This document shows, in pieces, positions 1 through 20,450 of a DNA stretch of 64,000 bases; the stretch's first letter is position 1, and every line of letters starts with the position of its first letter. The notes below the pieces were generated by a model. It was not told the DNA's origin. It did no database searches and saw only the letters and a program-made list of their open reading frames with translations. This DNA is from the human T2T-CHM13v2.0 reference genome, Homo sapiens: the NCBI RefSeq assembly GCF_009914755.1, contig NC_060927.1; one strand, given 5' to 3'. The translations under genes were made by a program, and so were the position numbers.

Positions 1-59
1 ATATCATAGACTGCCTTGATCTTAATCTTCTATTGGCTTCTTATCACCCAGAAGAAAAT

Positions 60-570
60 CCAAAGTTCTAACTTGGACTTATAAGGCCCTGTATAATCAA
101 ACCCCTGACTTTATATCTGACCTTACTTCCTGCCAGTTTACCCCTCTGTTCATTCCATTCTTTCACTGGCAACATTGCTGTTTCTCAAAGGAATCTATCA
201 TATTCACACCTCAGGGTGTTTTAATTTGTGGTTCCCTCTTTCTGTTACTCTTCTCCCCTAGATATCTACATAGATATCTTTCACCTTATTCTGGTTTCTA
301 CTCAGATGTCATCTCTTCAGACAGGCCTTCCTTAACCTCTCCATCCAAAAATAGCACACTCAACTCTATCACTGTCCCCACACCCAGCATGGCTTTGCTG
401 TGCTTTGCTTTACAGCGTTGATCACAAAAGGCTAATCTGCTCCACATTCATTTACATGTGCATTGTCTGTCTCCACCTTCAAGGCAGGGACTGTTTTGTT
501 CACTGCTGCTTTCCCAAAGCCTGGTATATGGTAGGTGCTCAATAAATACTCATTGAATGAATTCACTTAT
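60..570 (+). mobile_element. L2 (LINE2) 3' fragment
   Basis: Typical L2 3' end motifs: 'ctcagatgtcatctcttcagacaggccttcc', 'ggcagggactgttttgttcactgctg', ending 'gtaggtgctcaataaatactcattgaatgaat'. Confidence 0.75.
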
Positions 571-614
571 TGCCTCATTTCCTCACTGTGTAACCTCAGG
601 CAAATAACTTCTCT

Positions 615-2105
<1,491 letters not shown>

Positions 2106-2109
2106 TATT

Positions 2110-2875
2110 TTTTTACTTTTTAATAGTAGCCATTTTGATCGATGTGAGATGGTATCACACTGTGGCTTTGATTTGCATTTCTCTAATGATTAGTGATGTT
2201 GAACATTTTTTAATTCTTGTTTGCCATATATATGTCTTCTTTTGAGAACTGTCTGTTCATGTCCTTTGTCAATTTTTTAATGGGGTTGTTTGTGTTTTGC
2301 TTGTTGATTTGTTTCGGTTCCTTATAGGTTCTGGATATTAGATCTTTGTCAGATGCATAGTTTGCAAATATTTTCTTCCATTCTGTAGATTATCTGTTTA
2401 CTGTGTGATAGTTTGTTCTGTGTGCAGAAGCTCTTTGGTCTAATTAGGTCCCACTTGTCAACTTTTGTTTTTGTTGCAATTGCTTTTGGAGTCTTTGGCA
2501 TGAAATCTTTACCAAGGCCTGTGTTCACAATGGTATTTCCTAGGTTTTCTTCTAGGGTGTTTATAGTTTTGGGTTTTACATTTAAGTCTTTAATCCATCT
2601 TGAGTTGAGAAGGAAGGGATCCATTTTCACTCATGCATATGGCTAAGCAGTTATCCCAGCACTATTTATTGAATGGGGAGTCCTTTCCTATTGCTTGTTA
2701 TTATCAACTTTGTCGAAGATCAGATAGTTGTAGATGTGCAGCTTTATTTCTGGGTTTTCTATTCTGTTCCAATGGTCTACGTGTCTGTTTTTGTACCAGT
2801 ACGACACTGTTTTGGTTACTGTAACCTTGTAGTACTGTTTGAAGCAGGGTAGTATGATGCCTCTGGCTTTGTTTT
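2110..2875 (-). mobile_element. L1 ORF2 3' fragment (L1PB-like), degenerate
   Basis: Minus-strand translation '[26 protein letters not shown]...[23 protein letters not shown]' is L1 ORF2p C-terminal sequence, with stops and frameshifts. Confidence 0.9.
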
Positions 2876-2952
2876 AAAAGTACTATCTCATTTAATTTTG
2901 AGCACTAGGTTCCATTTTCATCTCTTTTTTTTCTTTTTCATTTTTGAGATGA

Positions 2953-8466
<5,514 letters not shown>

Positions 8467-8469
8467 TCA

Positions 8470-8598
<129 letters not shown>

Positions 8599-8668
8599 TT
8601 AGCCGGGCATGGTGGTGAGCACCTGCAATCCCAGCTACTCAGGAGGCTGAGGCAGGAGAATCGCTTGA

Positions 8669-8893
<225 letters not shown>

Positions 8894-9167
8894 TGAGTAG
8901 CTAGGACTGCAGGTGCACGCCACCATGATTGGCTAATTTTTTTATTTTTAGTAGAGACCATGTTGGCCAGGATGGTCTCAATCTCCTGACCTCATGATCC
9001 ACCTGCCTCAGCCTCCCAAAATGCTGGGATTACAGGCGTGAGCCACTGTGCCCGGCCTTAAAATTTTTTTCTGGCTGGGCGCGGTGGCTCACACCTGTAA
9101 TCCCAGCACTTCGGGAGGCCGAGGCAGGTGGATCACCTGAGGTCAGGAGTTCGAGACAAGCTGGCTA

Positions 9168-9422
<255 letters not shown>

Positions 9423-9859
9423 TCAGGCTGGTGTCAAACTCCTGGGCACATGCAATCCTCCTTCTTTGGCCTCCCAAAGTGCTGGGATTACAGGTGTGAG
9501 CTACTGTGCCTGGCCAATGAAGCTGCTTTAAAAAAAGAGCTGGGAGTGGCCGCACGCGGTCACTCAAGCCTGTAATCTCAGCACTTTGGGAGGCTGAGGA
9601 GGGTGGATCAGGGGGTCAGAGGTTTGAGACCAGCCTGGCCAACGTGGTGAAACCACTTGTCTACAAAAAAAAAAAATTAACCGGGTGTGGTGGTGTGTGC
9701 CTGTAATCCCAGCTACCTGGGAGGCTGAGGCAGGAGAATCACTTGAACCTGAGAGGCGGAAGTTGCAGTAAACCTAGACTGCACCATTGCACGCCAGCCT
9801 GGGCGACACAGCAAGACTCTGTCTAAAAAAAAAAGAAGAGCTGAGAGTAATGGATGTCC

Positions 9860-10575
9860 CAATTATTTATTGCTATGCTGCAGCAAATGACCACAAAATA
9901 TAGTGGCTTAAAGCAACAGTCATACCATTATATTTCATAATTTTGTGGATCAGGAATTCAGACAGGCTCGGCTGGGTGGGATGTTCAAGGATGGAGGTTT
10001 CAAGATGGCTTCACTCTTACACTACCACCTTGGCAGGGACAGTTGGGAGGCTGGGCTCCAGTGAGTCCCTGTCCTTCATGGAGATTCTGAGCCTCTTCAT
10101 GTGGTCTCTCTGGAAGGAAGGTCAGACTTCTTTTTTTTTTTTTTTTCTTTTCTTTTTTTTTTGAGACAGAGTCTTGCTGTCGCCCAGACTGGAGTGCAGT
10201 GGCACGATCATGGCTCACTGCAGGCTCCGCCCCCCGGGGTTCACACCATTCTCCTGCCTCAGCCTCCCGAGTAGCTGGGACTACAGGCACCCGCTACCTC
10301 GCCCGGCTAATTTTTTATATTTTTAGTAGAGACGGAGTTTCACTGTGTTAGCCAGGATGGTCTCGATCTCCTGACCTCGTGATCCACCCGCCTCGGCCTT
10401 CCAAAGTGCTGGGATTACAGGCGTGAGCCACCGTGCCCGGCCAGGAAGGTCAGACTTCTTACGTCGTGGCTCAGGCTATGAGAGACCAAGGTGGAAGCTG
10501 CCAATTCTCTTAAAGTTTAGGCCTGGACCTGGCATAGCATTACTTCTGCCATGCTTTATTAATCAAAGTAGTCAT
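9860..10575. mobile_element. ERVL-MaLR LTR (MLT1-type) interrupted by an AluY
   Basis: 'caaaatatagtggcttaaagcaac...caggaattcagacaggctcggctggg...caagatggcttcactc' continues colinearly after the Alu. Confidence 0.7.
10133..10442 (-). mobile_element. AluY-family element with clean TSD
   Basis: Direct repeat aggaaggtcagacttctt at 10115-10132 and 10443-10460; AluY diagnostics 'gtgttagccaggatggtctcgatctcc'. Confidence 0.9.
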
Positions 10576-10636
10576 GTTCTGGGAGGAGGGAAAAGGCTGA
10601 GTTGGAACCGCCAGGCAGAAGCTATATTGGGAGTTA

Positions 10637-11199
<563 letters not shown>

Positions 11200-11410
11200 C
11201 TAGAGAGGTCTTCGGCTGTCAGGTTAAGCAGTTGAGTTAACTTTTCTAGGTAAGAGGGAGCCCTTGAATTCTACAGCAGGTGAATTCAAAGAATGAGTGA
11301 AGGAGAGGACTAGGCCAAACAAGGATGAATAAATGGCGTAAAAATTTTCAGCTACAAAATCAGGCAGCATTTGGAGTAAGAAGCTGGTCAGGCTTAACAG
11401 CATGTATTGA

Positions 11411-11696
<286 letters not shown>

Positions 11697-12139
11697 TAGC
11701 CCTGGATAATTTTTTGTATTTTTTGTAGAGATGGGTTTTCGCCATGTTGCCCAGGCTGGTCTCAAACTCCTGGGCCCAAGCAATCTGCCCTCCTCGGTCT
11801 CTCAAAGTGCTGGAATCACAGGCATAAGCCACTACGCCCAGCCTATATTTTAAAAACAACTTTCATTGTTTTTAACCCTTATTATGAAAGACACAAATTT
11901 CATTTTCAAAAATCCGGAATGACAGTTTAGCTTTAAAATGGTTGGCAGCAGGCAGCCACTTTGGGGTCTTGAGCTGGGAATGACAAGAGGCAAGACTACA
12001 ACTTTCTATTATGGAGGGGAAGGAGGATGTGGTTTGTTGTGTGAGATGTTGAGGTCCAGGGGAGAGTAGTGATTAGACAATGACAAACTTAAGTGTCGGC
12101 AGGCAGTTTGCAAACCACTCTGCTGAATACCAATTATTA

Positions 12140-12294
12140 CACTTTTTTTTTTGGTCTTTTTTTCCCCCCTCTTTCTGTGGAGAATGAGGTCTTGCTATAT
12201 TGCCCAGGCAGGTCTCGAACTCCTGGGCTCAAGCTATCCTCCCGCCTCTGCCTCCATAAGAGCTGGGATTATAGGTGTGAGCCACTGCACCCGG
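12140..12294 (-). pseudogene. BC200 (BCYRN1) RNA retrocopy
   Basis: Reverse complement carries BC200-diagnostic positions (cccagctct, ggatagcttgagcccagg, gagacctgcctgggcaatatag, ttctcca, A-rich aaagac-aaaaaaaaaa, aagtgtaa ~ AAGCGTAA). 16-bp TSD tgaataccaat(t/g)atta at 12124-12139 and 12295-12310. Confidence 0.85.
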
Positions 12295-12307
12295 TGAATA
12301 CCAATGA

Positions 12308-12400
<93 letters not shown>

Positions 12401-12417
12401 TGAGACCATCCTGGCTA

Positions 12418-12699
<282 letters not shown>

Positions 12700-12758
12700 T
12701 CACGAGGTCAGGAGCTCGAGACCAGCCTGGCCAGCATGGTGAAACCCCATCTCTATTA

Positions 12759-12986
<228 letters not shown>

Positions 12987-13889
12987 CTATACTAAGCACT
13001 GTACATTTAGTAACTCATTTAACCCTGATAGTCAGGTACCTGTATCATTCCCATTACATGGATTAAAAATTTGAGGCACCGAAGGGTTAAGCAACTTGTC
13101 CAAAGCTCCAGTTAAGCGTGGTGGAGCTCTCAAGTCTGTAGTCCCAGTACTTTGGGTGGCTGAGGCAGCAGGATTGCTTGAGGCCAGGAGTTTGAGACCA
13201 GCCTGGGCAACACAGTAAGACCTTGTCTCTAAAAAAAAGAAAAAAGGAAAAAAAAGAAAAAAAGGGTAGTGGAGCTGAAGTGTTAGTTTAGCTGAGTTCT
13301 GTAGTTAACCACCAAAGCTAGATATTTACTTTTACCTTTTATATGTGCAATTCAAGTTTCTCTATTCTAATTTATAAAGTTCTAGGTGACTAGAGCTCCC
13401 ATGATATCATCTGACATGTTGCTGTTCTGGACTCAGGGTTGTTGAAAGCAGCTGACACACTCTGTTAATGATTCCAAGGCCAGAGTCAGGCTGCAGTGAA
13501 GAGTTGGCCTGGTGTGTAAGAACTCCATCCCCCCTAACCGGCAGGATGCAGGCAATGATTCAGTAGGTTAGGCTGGTTCCCCCCATCCCATCCCCTCACC
13601 CCCTGCCATCGTTCAAAATAGTAATTATGATGTAATGTTTAATGTTTAAAAAAATACTCTGGTGATTTATGGACTTAAAAACTATCTGAATGCACCCTGA
13701 GGATGATGGTGAAAGGTGCAATTTTGACATCAAAACAAGTGGGTGCATCTAATATTTAATTAAAGGATCAGATGAAGAAAGCAGATGCGAAGTCGCTCAG
13801 ATGGAAATGTGGCCTAACCCCCAACCCAAGGTCTGAGAGAGTGACAGAAGCTAGTGTCACCTTTGAATACAAAACATGGCTACAGATGA

Positions 13890-14154
<265 letters not shown>

Positions 14155-15724
14155 TAAAATACAAGATGATTTATTTTCAGGATTCTTGAAGGCATATAGA
14201 CTCCCTTTCAAATGTAAATGAGTGGAGGAAAAACTGGAAGCCTGCGTCCTCCTCCTTTGCTAACAAAGGGTGTTTATTAGCTAGGATGGCAATGAAAAAT
14301 TTAATACAGCGTAGTTTATAGCAGTGGACTGTGTCTTTGGCTCCTCATCTGGATGTGTAGCTCTGGCTCCTCATGGATAAGCTGTATAAAGCCTTATTAG
14401 ATTCAAATACTAACCGTCGCTATGCCATATTAAAAAAAATCATTATAGCTATAAGCTGTATTTCTTATATAAGTGGGGTTAAATTGGTTGACTTAAAGAT
14501 TTCCCCCTTTGCTACCGGTGCTAAAAAATTGTCTTAACCAAAATTAGGAATGTGCTAATTTAACAATTTACACTACAGGCCTGCTTCCTGGCAATGTGCT
14601 GTCAATTCAAGAAAAGAAAGAAGGAAAGCTACTTCACGATGAGAAATCAAACCTCACCCCCACTTCTCGCTCTCTCTTTTCTTCCTTTTTTTTTTTTTCC
14701 TCTGAGCAATGGTCCCCAGGAAACAAACCCACAAACCGCTGTCAAGTTTGATTCCTCTTTCTGGAGTTACAGCCTTCCTGCTCCTCCGTGATGGCTCAGC
14801 TGAAGTACCACCTCTGCTACTCGTTTTCAAAATACATGTTGAGTCTTAGGACCAGGAGGACGATTGAGGTTTTTTTTCCTTGTCATCTTTCTTTTCTTTT
14901 TCTTTCTTTCTTTTTTTGGTGGTGGGTGGGGCCAAACTAAGAGGGAGACAGCAGGTCTGGGCCATCCCTCTTCTGACCCTCTGGGGCCATCTTCCTTCTG
15001 GCAATTCTCTTCCCCCATCTGTTTTCCTCTTGTTTTTGTTTTTTAAAAAAGAAGGAAAAACAATCAAAGAAAGGAAAAGAAACGAAACAAAACAAAATTA
15101 CATGAAACATCTCTATGGCAAGGCCAGTATGGTAGAAAATTATGGTAAAAAATTATAGGAGTGCATTGATTCATATGAGCATTTCATGTTTCTACACAGG
15201 TCTCAAATTATGGAAGAAATACATTGTTTAGGCAAGAGATGGTGGCATGAGAAGCTTCCTCTTTAATTTTTAAATTATACAAAGTTTGCTTCTTCGTTTG
15301 GCAAAGGAGGGGCTCTGTTTTGGTCTTATTTGATCAATAATTTTTCACTCCTCACACATTTCAGAAAATGTTCACTGATGTTCATTTTGCTCCAGGTGCT
15401 AAGGAGGGAGCTCTGGGGGCAGCTGAGGGCTTAGGCATTCCCGGTGGGGCTGCCAGGCTCTTCCTCAGCCTAGGAAACGCTCCCATCTCAGGACAGCACC
15501 CTGGCCCCCAAGACGGCTTCATCCTTTTGGAGAGGTACTTCTGCAGCTTCCTAGGGCCATCAGCACATGTGTCCAGCTGGGTTGATTTAAGGGCTTTTTC
15601 CAGGGTGATTTTCCCATGGATTCCAATGAGCAAAACCAGAGGAGCTGGGGAGGTCCATGTAGTGTATTTTTAAATTTCTCCATCTTTATGATCCAGGCAT
15701 AGTTATGCAGGTTGGACACCGAGG

Positions 15725-16035
15725 TGTTTTTTTAAATTGCTTATCGAAGTATAATTTAAACAGTGAAATCGTGCATAGATCTTAAATGGCATTTATAAGT
15801 TTTGACAAATGTACATACACGGCAATCTATTTTTATTTCACCACCCCAGAAGGTTCCTTCATGCCCTTTCCCAGTCAATACCTCCTCATCCCCAAGGGTA
15901 CTTTTCCTCTCCCCATAGCTTAGTTCTCTGTTCTAGAATTTCCTGGAAATGGAATCACACAGTATGAACTCTTTTGTGTTTGGCTTCTCTCTCCCAACAC
16001 GATGTTTTTGAGTCATCAGGTTGTTGCCTGTACCA
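15725..16035 (-). mobile_element. Ancient L1ME-type 3' fragment
   Basis: 'gttttgacaaatgtacatac...caccccagaaggttccttcatgccc...aatggaatcacacagtatg...ttggcttct' matches the antisense L1M 3'UTR pattern. Confidence 0.7.
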
Positions 16036-16559
16036 GGTTAAATAGGATATCACTAACAGCGAGATAGTGTTAAGAAGGGGACAATTTTTACCCCGTTGGC
16101 CTCCAGGCCAGATACTACCTATATCCTGGTAAGTGGCCCTCCTTGCCCTTCCAAGTGAGTCTCTCTCCAGGGCCATGCAAGTTCCTCTCCCAGAACCGCT
16201 CAGGCGGCCTCGGGCACCACCCAGATGGCTGCGGGGCCATCACCAGGTCGCCTCCCCAGAACAGCTGCCCCCTGCTTCCCCCCAGCCCCATTAAAACTCA
16301 AAAGGGAACTCTGGCCCCTCTGCCGATCAGAATTCAGACTCGCTTAATTCCATGCATCCAACTGCACACCACCGTGTGATGTTTTGGTGATCAGATATGC
16401 AGAGTTCTTTAAAAAACGTAAAAAGAAAAAAAGAAAAGGTGGGTAAAAACCGAGATCTCCCGGGCAGTGGATATGTCTCGGTTGAGCCAGGGATTCAGAA
16501 TGAAATCTTTTCTTTTCTTTTTTAAATAAACGGAAGAGTCGTTCTCTGCTCCTCGCTCA

Positions 16560-19500
16560 GAAGGTTTCAAAGGTCGTCACACTGAAGCCCGGGGGCGTTC
16601 ATCTCCCCAGCGGCCGGGAGAAGGGAGGAGGTTGGAGGGCGGAGGGAGGGAGCACACAAAAGCGGGCCGTGCTGAGAGGGCTAATGTTTCCTGTTTGCCT
16701 GGAGCCCCCTCCCCTGCCTCCCCTCCCCCAGCCCCCTCCCAGCACTCGGGCGGAAGTGAGTTTGCTCCTTTGGAGATTAAAAGGATTCCGAATTCCGATC
16801 AGTCCCAATAACCGGCGTACTGAAGAGAAGAGGAGGAGGAGGAGGAGGCAGAGGCGGCAAAGCAGAGAAAGAGGGGGCGCGCGCGCGCGCACGCAACCCG
16901 AACTGGGGGAGTTGTGCAAAGCCCCAGGAGGCCGGGGCACGGCGGGAGCAAAGCTCGGTAGGCGCAGCGCGGCCGAGGCCACCCGCGTCCGGATCGGCGA
17001 CTCCTTTCAGAAAGAAGATGACGCGGGCGCGAGCCGGCGGCGTTGGCCACGCGGCTCCCGAGCTCGCCGCGCGGGGCTGTTGCCGGTTCCACTGATTCCA
17101 GCGCGCCCGAGAGGAGCCTCCATCCCCGAGGCTCGGGATCGGAGGGGGGACCAAGGCGAGGGCGAAATGGCCCGATGACAAAGGAAATGTGATCCCCCTT
17201 CTCTGCCAAGGTTTCAGAGAGGACGGACGTGAGGAGGAGGAGGGGCGCAGGGCGCGCGCGGAGCTCGGATAGCATTGCACGACGGCCCGCGCGGAGCGGG
17301 TACATCTAATATCTTCCTGCCGATGAATAATTCAGGGCGGCCCGCGGGGACCTGCGGCCCCGCGCGCTAAGCCGAAGGGGAAGGAGCGTGCGTGAGGCGC
17401 CCAGGCCAGGCGAGGCGGGGGCACGAGGGCTCCGGGCCGCGTGGGGCGCGCGTGCGTGTTAAGCGCGGGCAGCCGCGGCCCGGCTGGGCAGGCGCGCGGA
17501 AGACTCGAGGCGCGTGGGACGCGCGTGCGTACTGCACGCGTGCGGCCGCGGCTGGGCCACCACGAGCTGCAGCTGCTGCGGGGCCCACCGCCCTGCAGGG
17601 GAGGCCGTGCCTGGCTGTGCGCAAGCCCCAAGCGCAGCACGCCGGGCCACCCAGGAGCCCCTGGCCGCCGCGTCATGCGGCGGGGCAGCCGACGTCGCGC
17701 GGGGAGACACCGGCTTGGCGACGCACCGCTCCCGCCTTTACTAGTTTGGGGCTCCTTCCCCTCCCAAGAACAGACTAAATCCGTTTAAAGAAAAGCAACG
17801 CACCAAATACTCGTGGAACCAAATTCTGCTCTCGCCGGGACTGGGACTGCACAGCGAACTCTCCTTTTGGGAACTCCTTTCGTCTATCGCGAAGGGAAGC
17901 CTCAGCTGCTCCAGGGAGTCTTCCGACCTCCCTGCCCCCGCTCGCCCCTCGCCTGTCGGGGCTTGTTCCGGCGTTCCCTCTTCGGAAGGCACGCGGCCCC
18001 CAAGTTATCCGGAGGAATCTGTGTCGCCGCTGGATAGTGGCATTTAATGCCTGCAGTGTCGGGGGTGGCAGCGCTCGGGCCGGACGTGGCGAGGCCAAGC
18101 GGGCAGCGCTGCTCTGGTGCCGGCTCCCGGATTGCAGGCCTAATCGATGCATTTTTCTGAGTGAGTCGGTGACTCCCCCACCCACCTCGTCCGCTCTCTC
18201 CTCCTCCTCCTCCTCTTCCTCTCTGGTCTCCTCCCTCCTCCGGGCTGGGTTGCAAATGGCTTCGTTCCCCGAGACCGATTTCCAGATCTGCTTGCTGTGC
18301 AAGGAGATGTGCGGCTCGCCGGCGCCGCTCTCCTCCAACTCGTCCGCGTCGTCGTCCTCCTCGCAGACGTCCACGTCGTCGGGGGGCGGCGGCGGGGGCC
18401 CTGGGGCGGCGGCGCGCCGCCTACACGTCCTGCCCTGCCTGCACGCCTTCTGCCGCCCCTGCCTCGAGGCGCACCGGCTGCCGGCGGCGGGCGGCGGCGC
18501 GGCGGGAGAGCCGCTCAAGCTGCGCTGCCCCGTGTGCGACCAGAAAGTAGTGCTAGCCGAGGCGGCGGGTATGGACGCGCTGCCTTCGTCCGCCTTCCTG
18601 CTTAGCAACCTGCTCGACGCGGTGGTGGCCACTGCCGACGAGCCGCCGCCCAAGAACGGGCGCGCCGGCGCTCCGGCGGGAGCGGGCGGCCACAGCAACC
18701 ACCGGCACCACGCTCACCACGCGCACCCGCGCGCGTCCGCCTCCGCGCCGCCACTCCCGCAGGCGCCGCAGCCGCCCGCGCCTTCCCGCTCGGCACCCGG
18801 CGGCCCTGCCGCTTCCCCGTCGGCGCTGCTGCTCCGCCGTCCTCACGGCTGCAGCTCGTGCGATGAGGGCAACGCAGCTTCTTCGCGCTGCCTCGACTGC
18901 CAGGAGCACCTGTGCGACAACTGCGTCCGAGCGCACCAGCGCGTGCGCCTCACCAAGGACCACTACATCGAGCGCGGCCCGCCGGGTCCCGGTGCCGCAG
19001 CAGCGGCGCAGCAGCTCGGGCTCGGGCCGCCCTTTCCCGGCCCGCCCTTCTCCATCCTCTCAGTGTTTCCCGAGCGCCTCGGCTTCTGCCAGCACCACGA
19101 CGACGAGGTGAGTGCGTGGGGGCGTGTGTTTGTGTCCATCGGATAACTGCGTGTGTGCTCAACAGCGTTTCCCGGCCGGTCCCACAGCGAGGGGAGGAGG
19201 CCCTCTCCGGATTTGGTTTGTATTTCCTTTGGCTACGTGGCAGTCCTTGCTACCAAAGTAGATCATGACCTGGGAAGTATGTGGAAGTGGATTCTGTGTA
19301 CGTGTCGCGAGGGGCTCCGAAAAATCCCATAGCGTGGGGTCCTCCCTTTTCTGATTTTAATTTCTGTGTGGCAAAACGCGGCAATCGTCTTGAGTTAGGC
19401 GTGAGTTGGGAAGAGATAGGTGTGTGTGTTTGTGTAGACGTGGCCTGCTCTTGTGGGCACACCAGAGGCCTCCCAACGTGCTGAGAAGGCGCTCCTTTAT

Positions 19501-20450
19501 TTTCAGATTTTTGTTTGGAAAACTCATAGATTGTTGCCTTTAAAATGGGGCGTGAGCCCGGAAGAGATGGTTGTGTGGGTGAGTGCGTGGAGTTTGTGTG
19601 CCTCCGTAGACCTGGTTTCCACGTGCGCACTTGTGAGGGGAAGACTGGTTTTTTTGTTGTTGGGACAGCATGGCAGTCCTTGCCTCCTTATGTTGGGTAA
19701 GAGTGGGAGCGTCTGTGGATCTTTGAGGGCCAAGGGCCCCCAGTCTTAAGCCCTTCTCTCTCTGCGGCTGCTTCCTATATTGTTTAAAATGCGTGTTCTG
19801 GCCCCTGAATTCTCCTAGCGTGAAATCGCCGTTCGTGGGCCCACGGCTGCACCCCGAGATAGAAGCGGAATAAAGGGACGACGTTACCTTCACCAGCCTG
19901 AGTCTCTTGGGCCGCGCCCGCCTGCCCCGACTCCAAGCCCTACAGGAACCGGTTTCCCTGGTTAGGAGGTATCCACCCGGCTCAACCAGGGTCTCGACTT
20001 CCTTGGAAAAGACCAAGGCAGCCGTACGCTGCTGGAACGCCGGAGTGCAAAGGCTTTTAGGGCTACATTGCAACCCTCGGGCTCGATTTCGCCCTTTGGG
20101 CTGTCGAGTAAACATTTGCTTTTCACACAGTGTGACCCCTTTCTCCTTTCCACTTTGGTATTATGCGAGTGTCGTCTTCTCCCCCGAACCCAATGAAGGC
20201 AGGCCAAAAGTCTTGAGAAGCGGGCTCTTGCCGAGGGGGTCGGTAACTTAGGCGATCTACCTGTAGACCGGTAAGAGAGGGTGTGGGTGAAAGTCTTGAC
20301 TTAGAGCGTAAGCTGGAGACTGCAGAGGCTTTAAAAGCCATAGTGGGGGTCGTGGCCTGTGTGAGCTGGAGAGTGGGTACCGAGCACCGCAAAGGTGAGC
20401 CCAGCGCCGCTGCCTTTTCCACTCCTAACCTGTTATTTGGGGAGGAGGGC
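16560..20450. promoter_or_regulatory. CpG island / promoter region of TRIM71
   Basis: Very high GC and CpG density from about 16.6 to 19.2 kb, tapering to about 20.4 kb. GC-box/ETS 'gggcggaagtg' at 16748-16758, CCAAT at 16805, CACGTG E-box at 19620-19625. The TSS cannot be fixed from sequence alone. Confidence 0.9.
18256..19107 (+). CDS. TRIM71: TRIM71/LIN41 E3 ubiquitin ligase, coding part of exon 1 (aa 1-284: RING, His-rich linker, B-box1, start of B-box2); partial gene
   Basis: Translation [30 protein letters not shown]...CLHAFCRPC...CPVCDQ...[38 protein letters not shown]...FCQHHDDE is recognised as the human TRIM71 N-terminus. 852 nt, ending at a consensus donor GAG|GTGAGT (phase 0). 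Confidence 0.97.

Noticed and set aside
16408-16526. Imperfect hairpin (aaccgaga/tctcggtt with A-rich and T-rich arms) as a pre-miRNA
   Set aside because: Only 8 specific bp; the outer pairing is low-complexity and the geometry is not miRNA-like.
17775-18698. 307-aa antisense ORF and other 100-170 aa ORFs across the CpG island
   Set aside because: Expected from high GC and stop-codon scarcity and from mirroring the TRIM71 frame; low-complexity R/G/P/A content with no recognisable domain.
18037-19146. 369-aa ORF taken as the complete protein
   Set aside because: It starts at an upstream GTG and runs through the splice donor into the intron; the real coding segment is 18256-19107.
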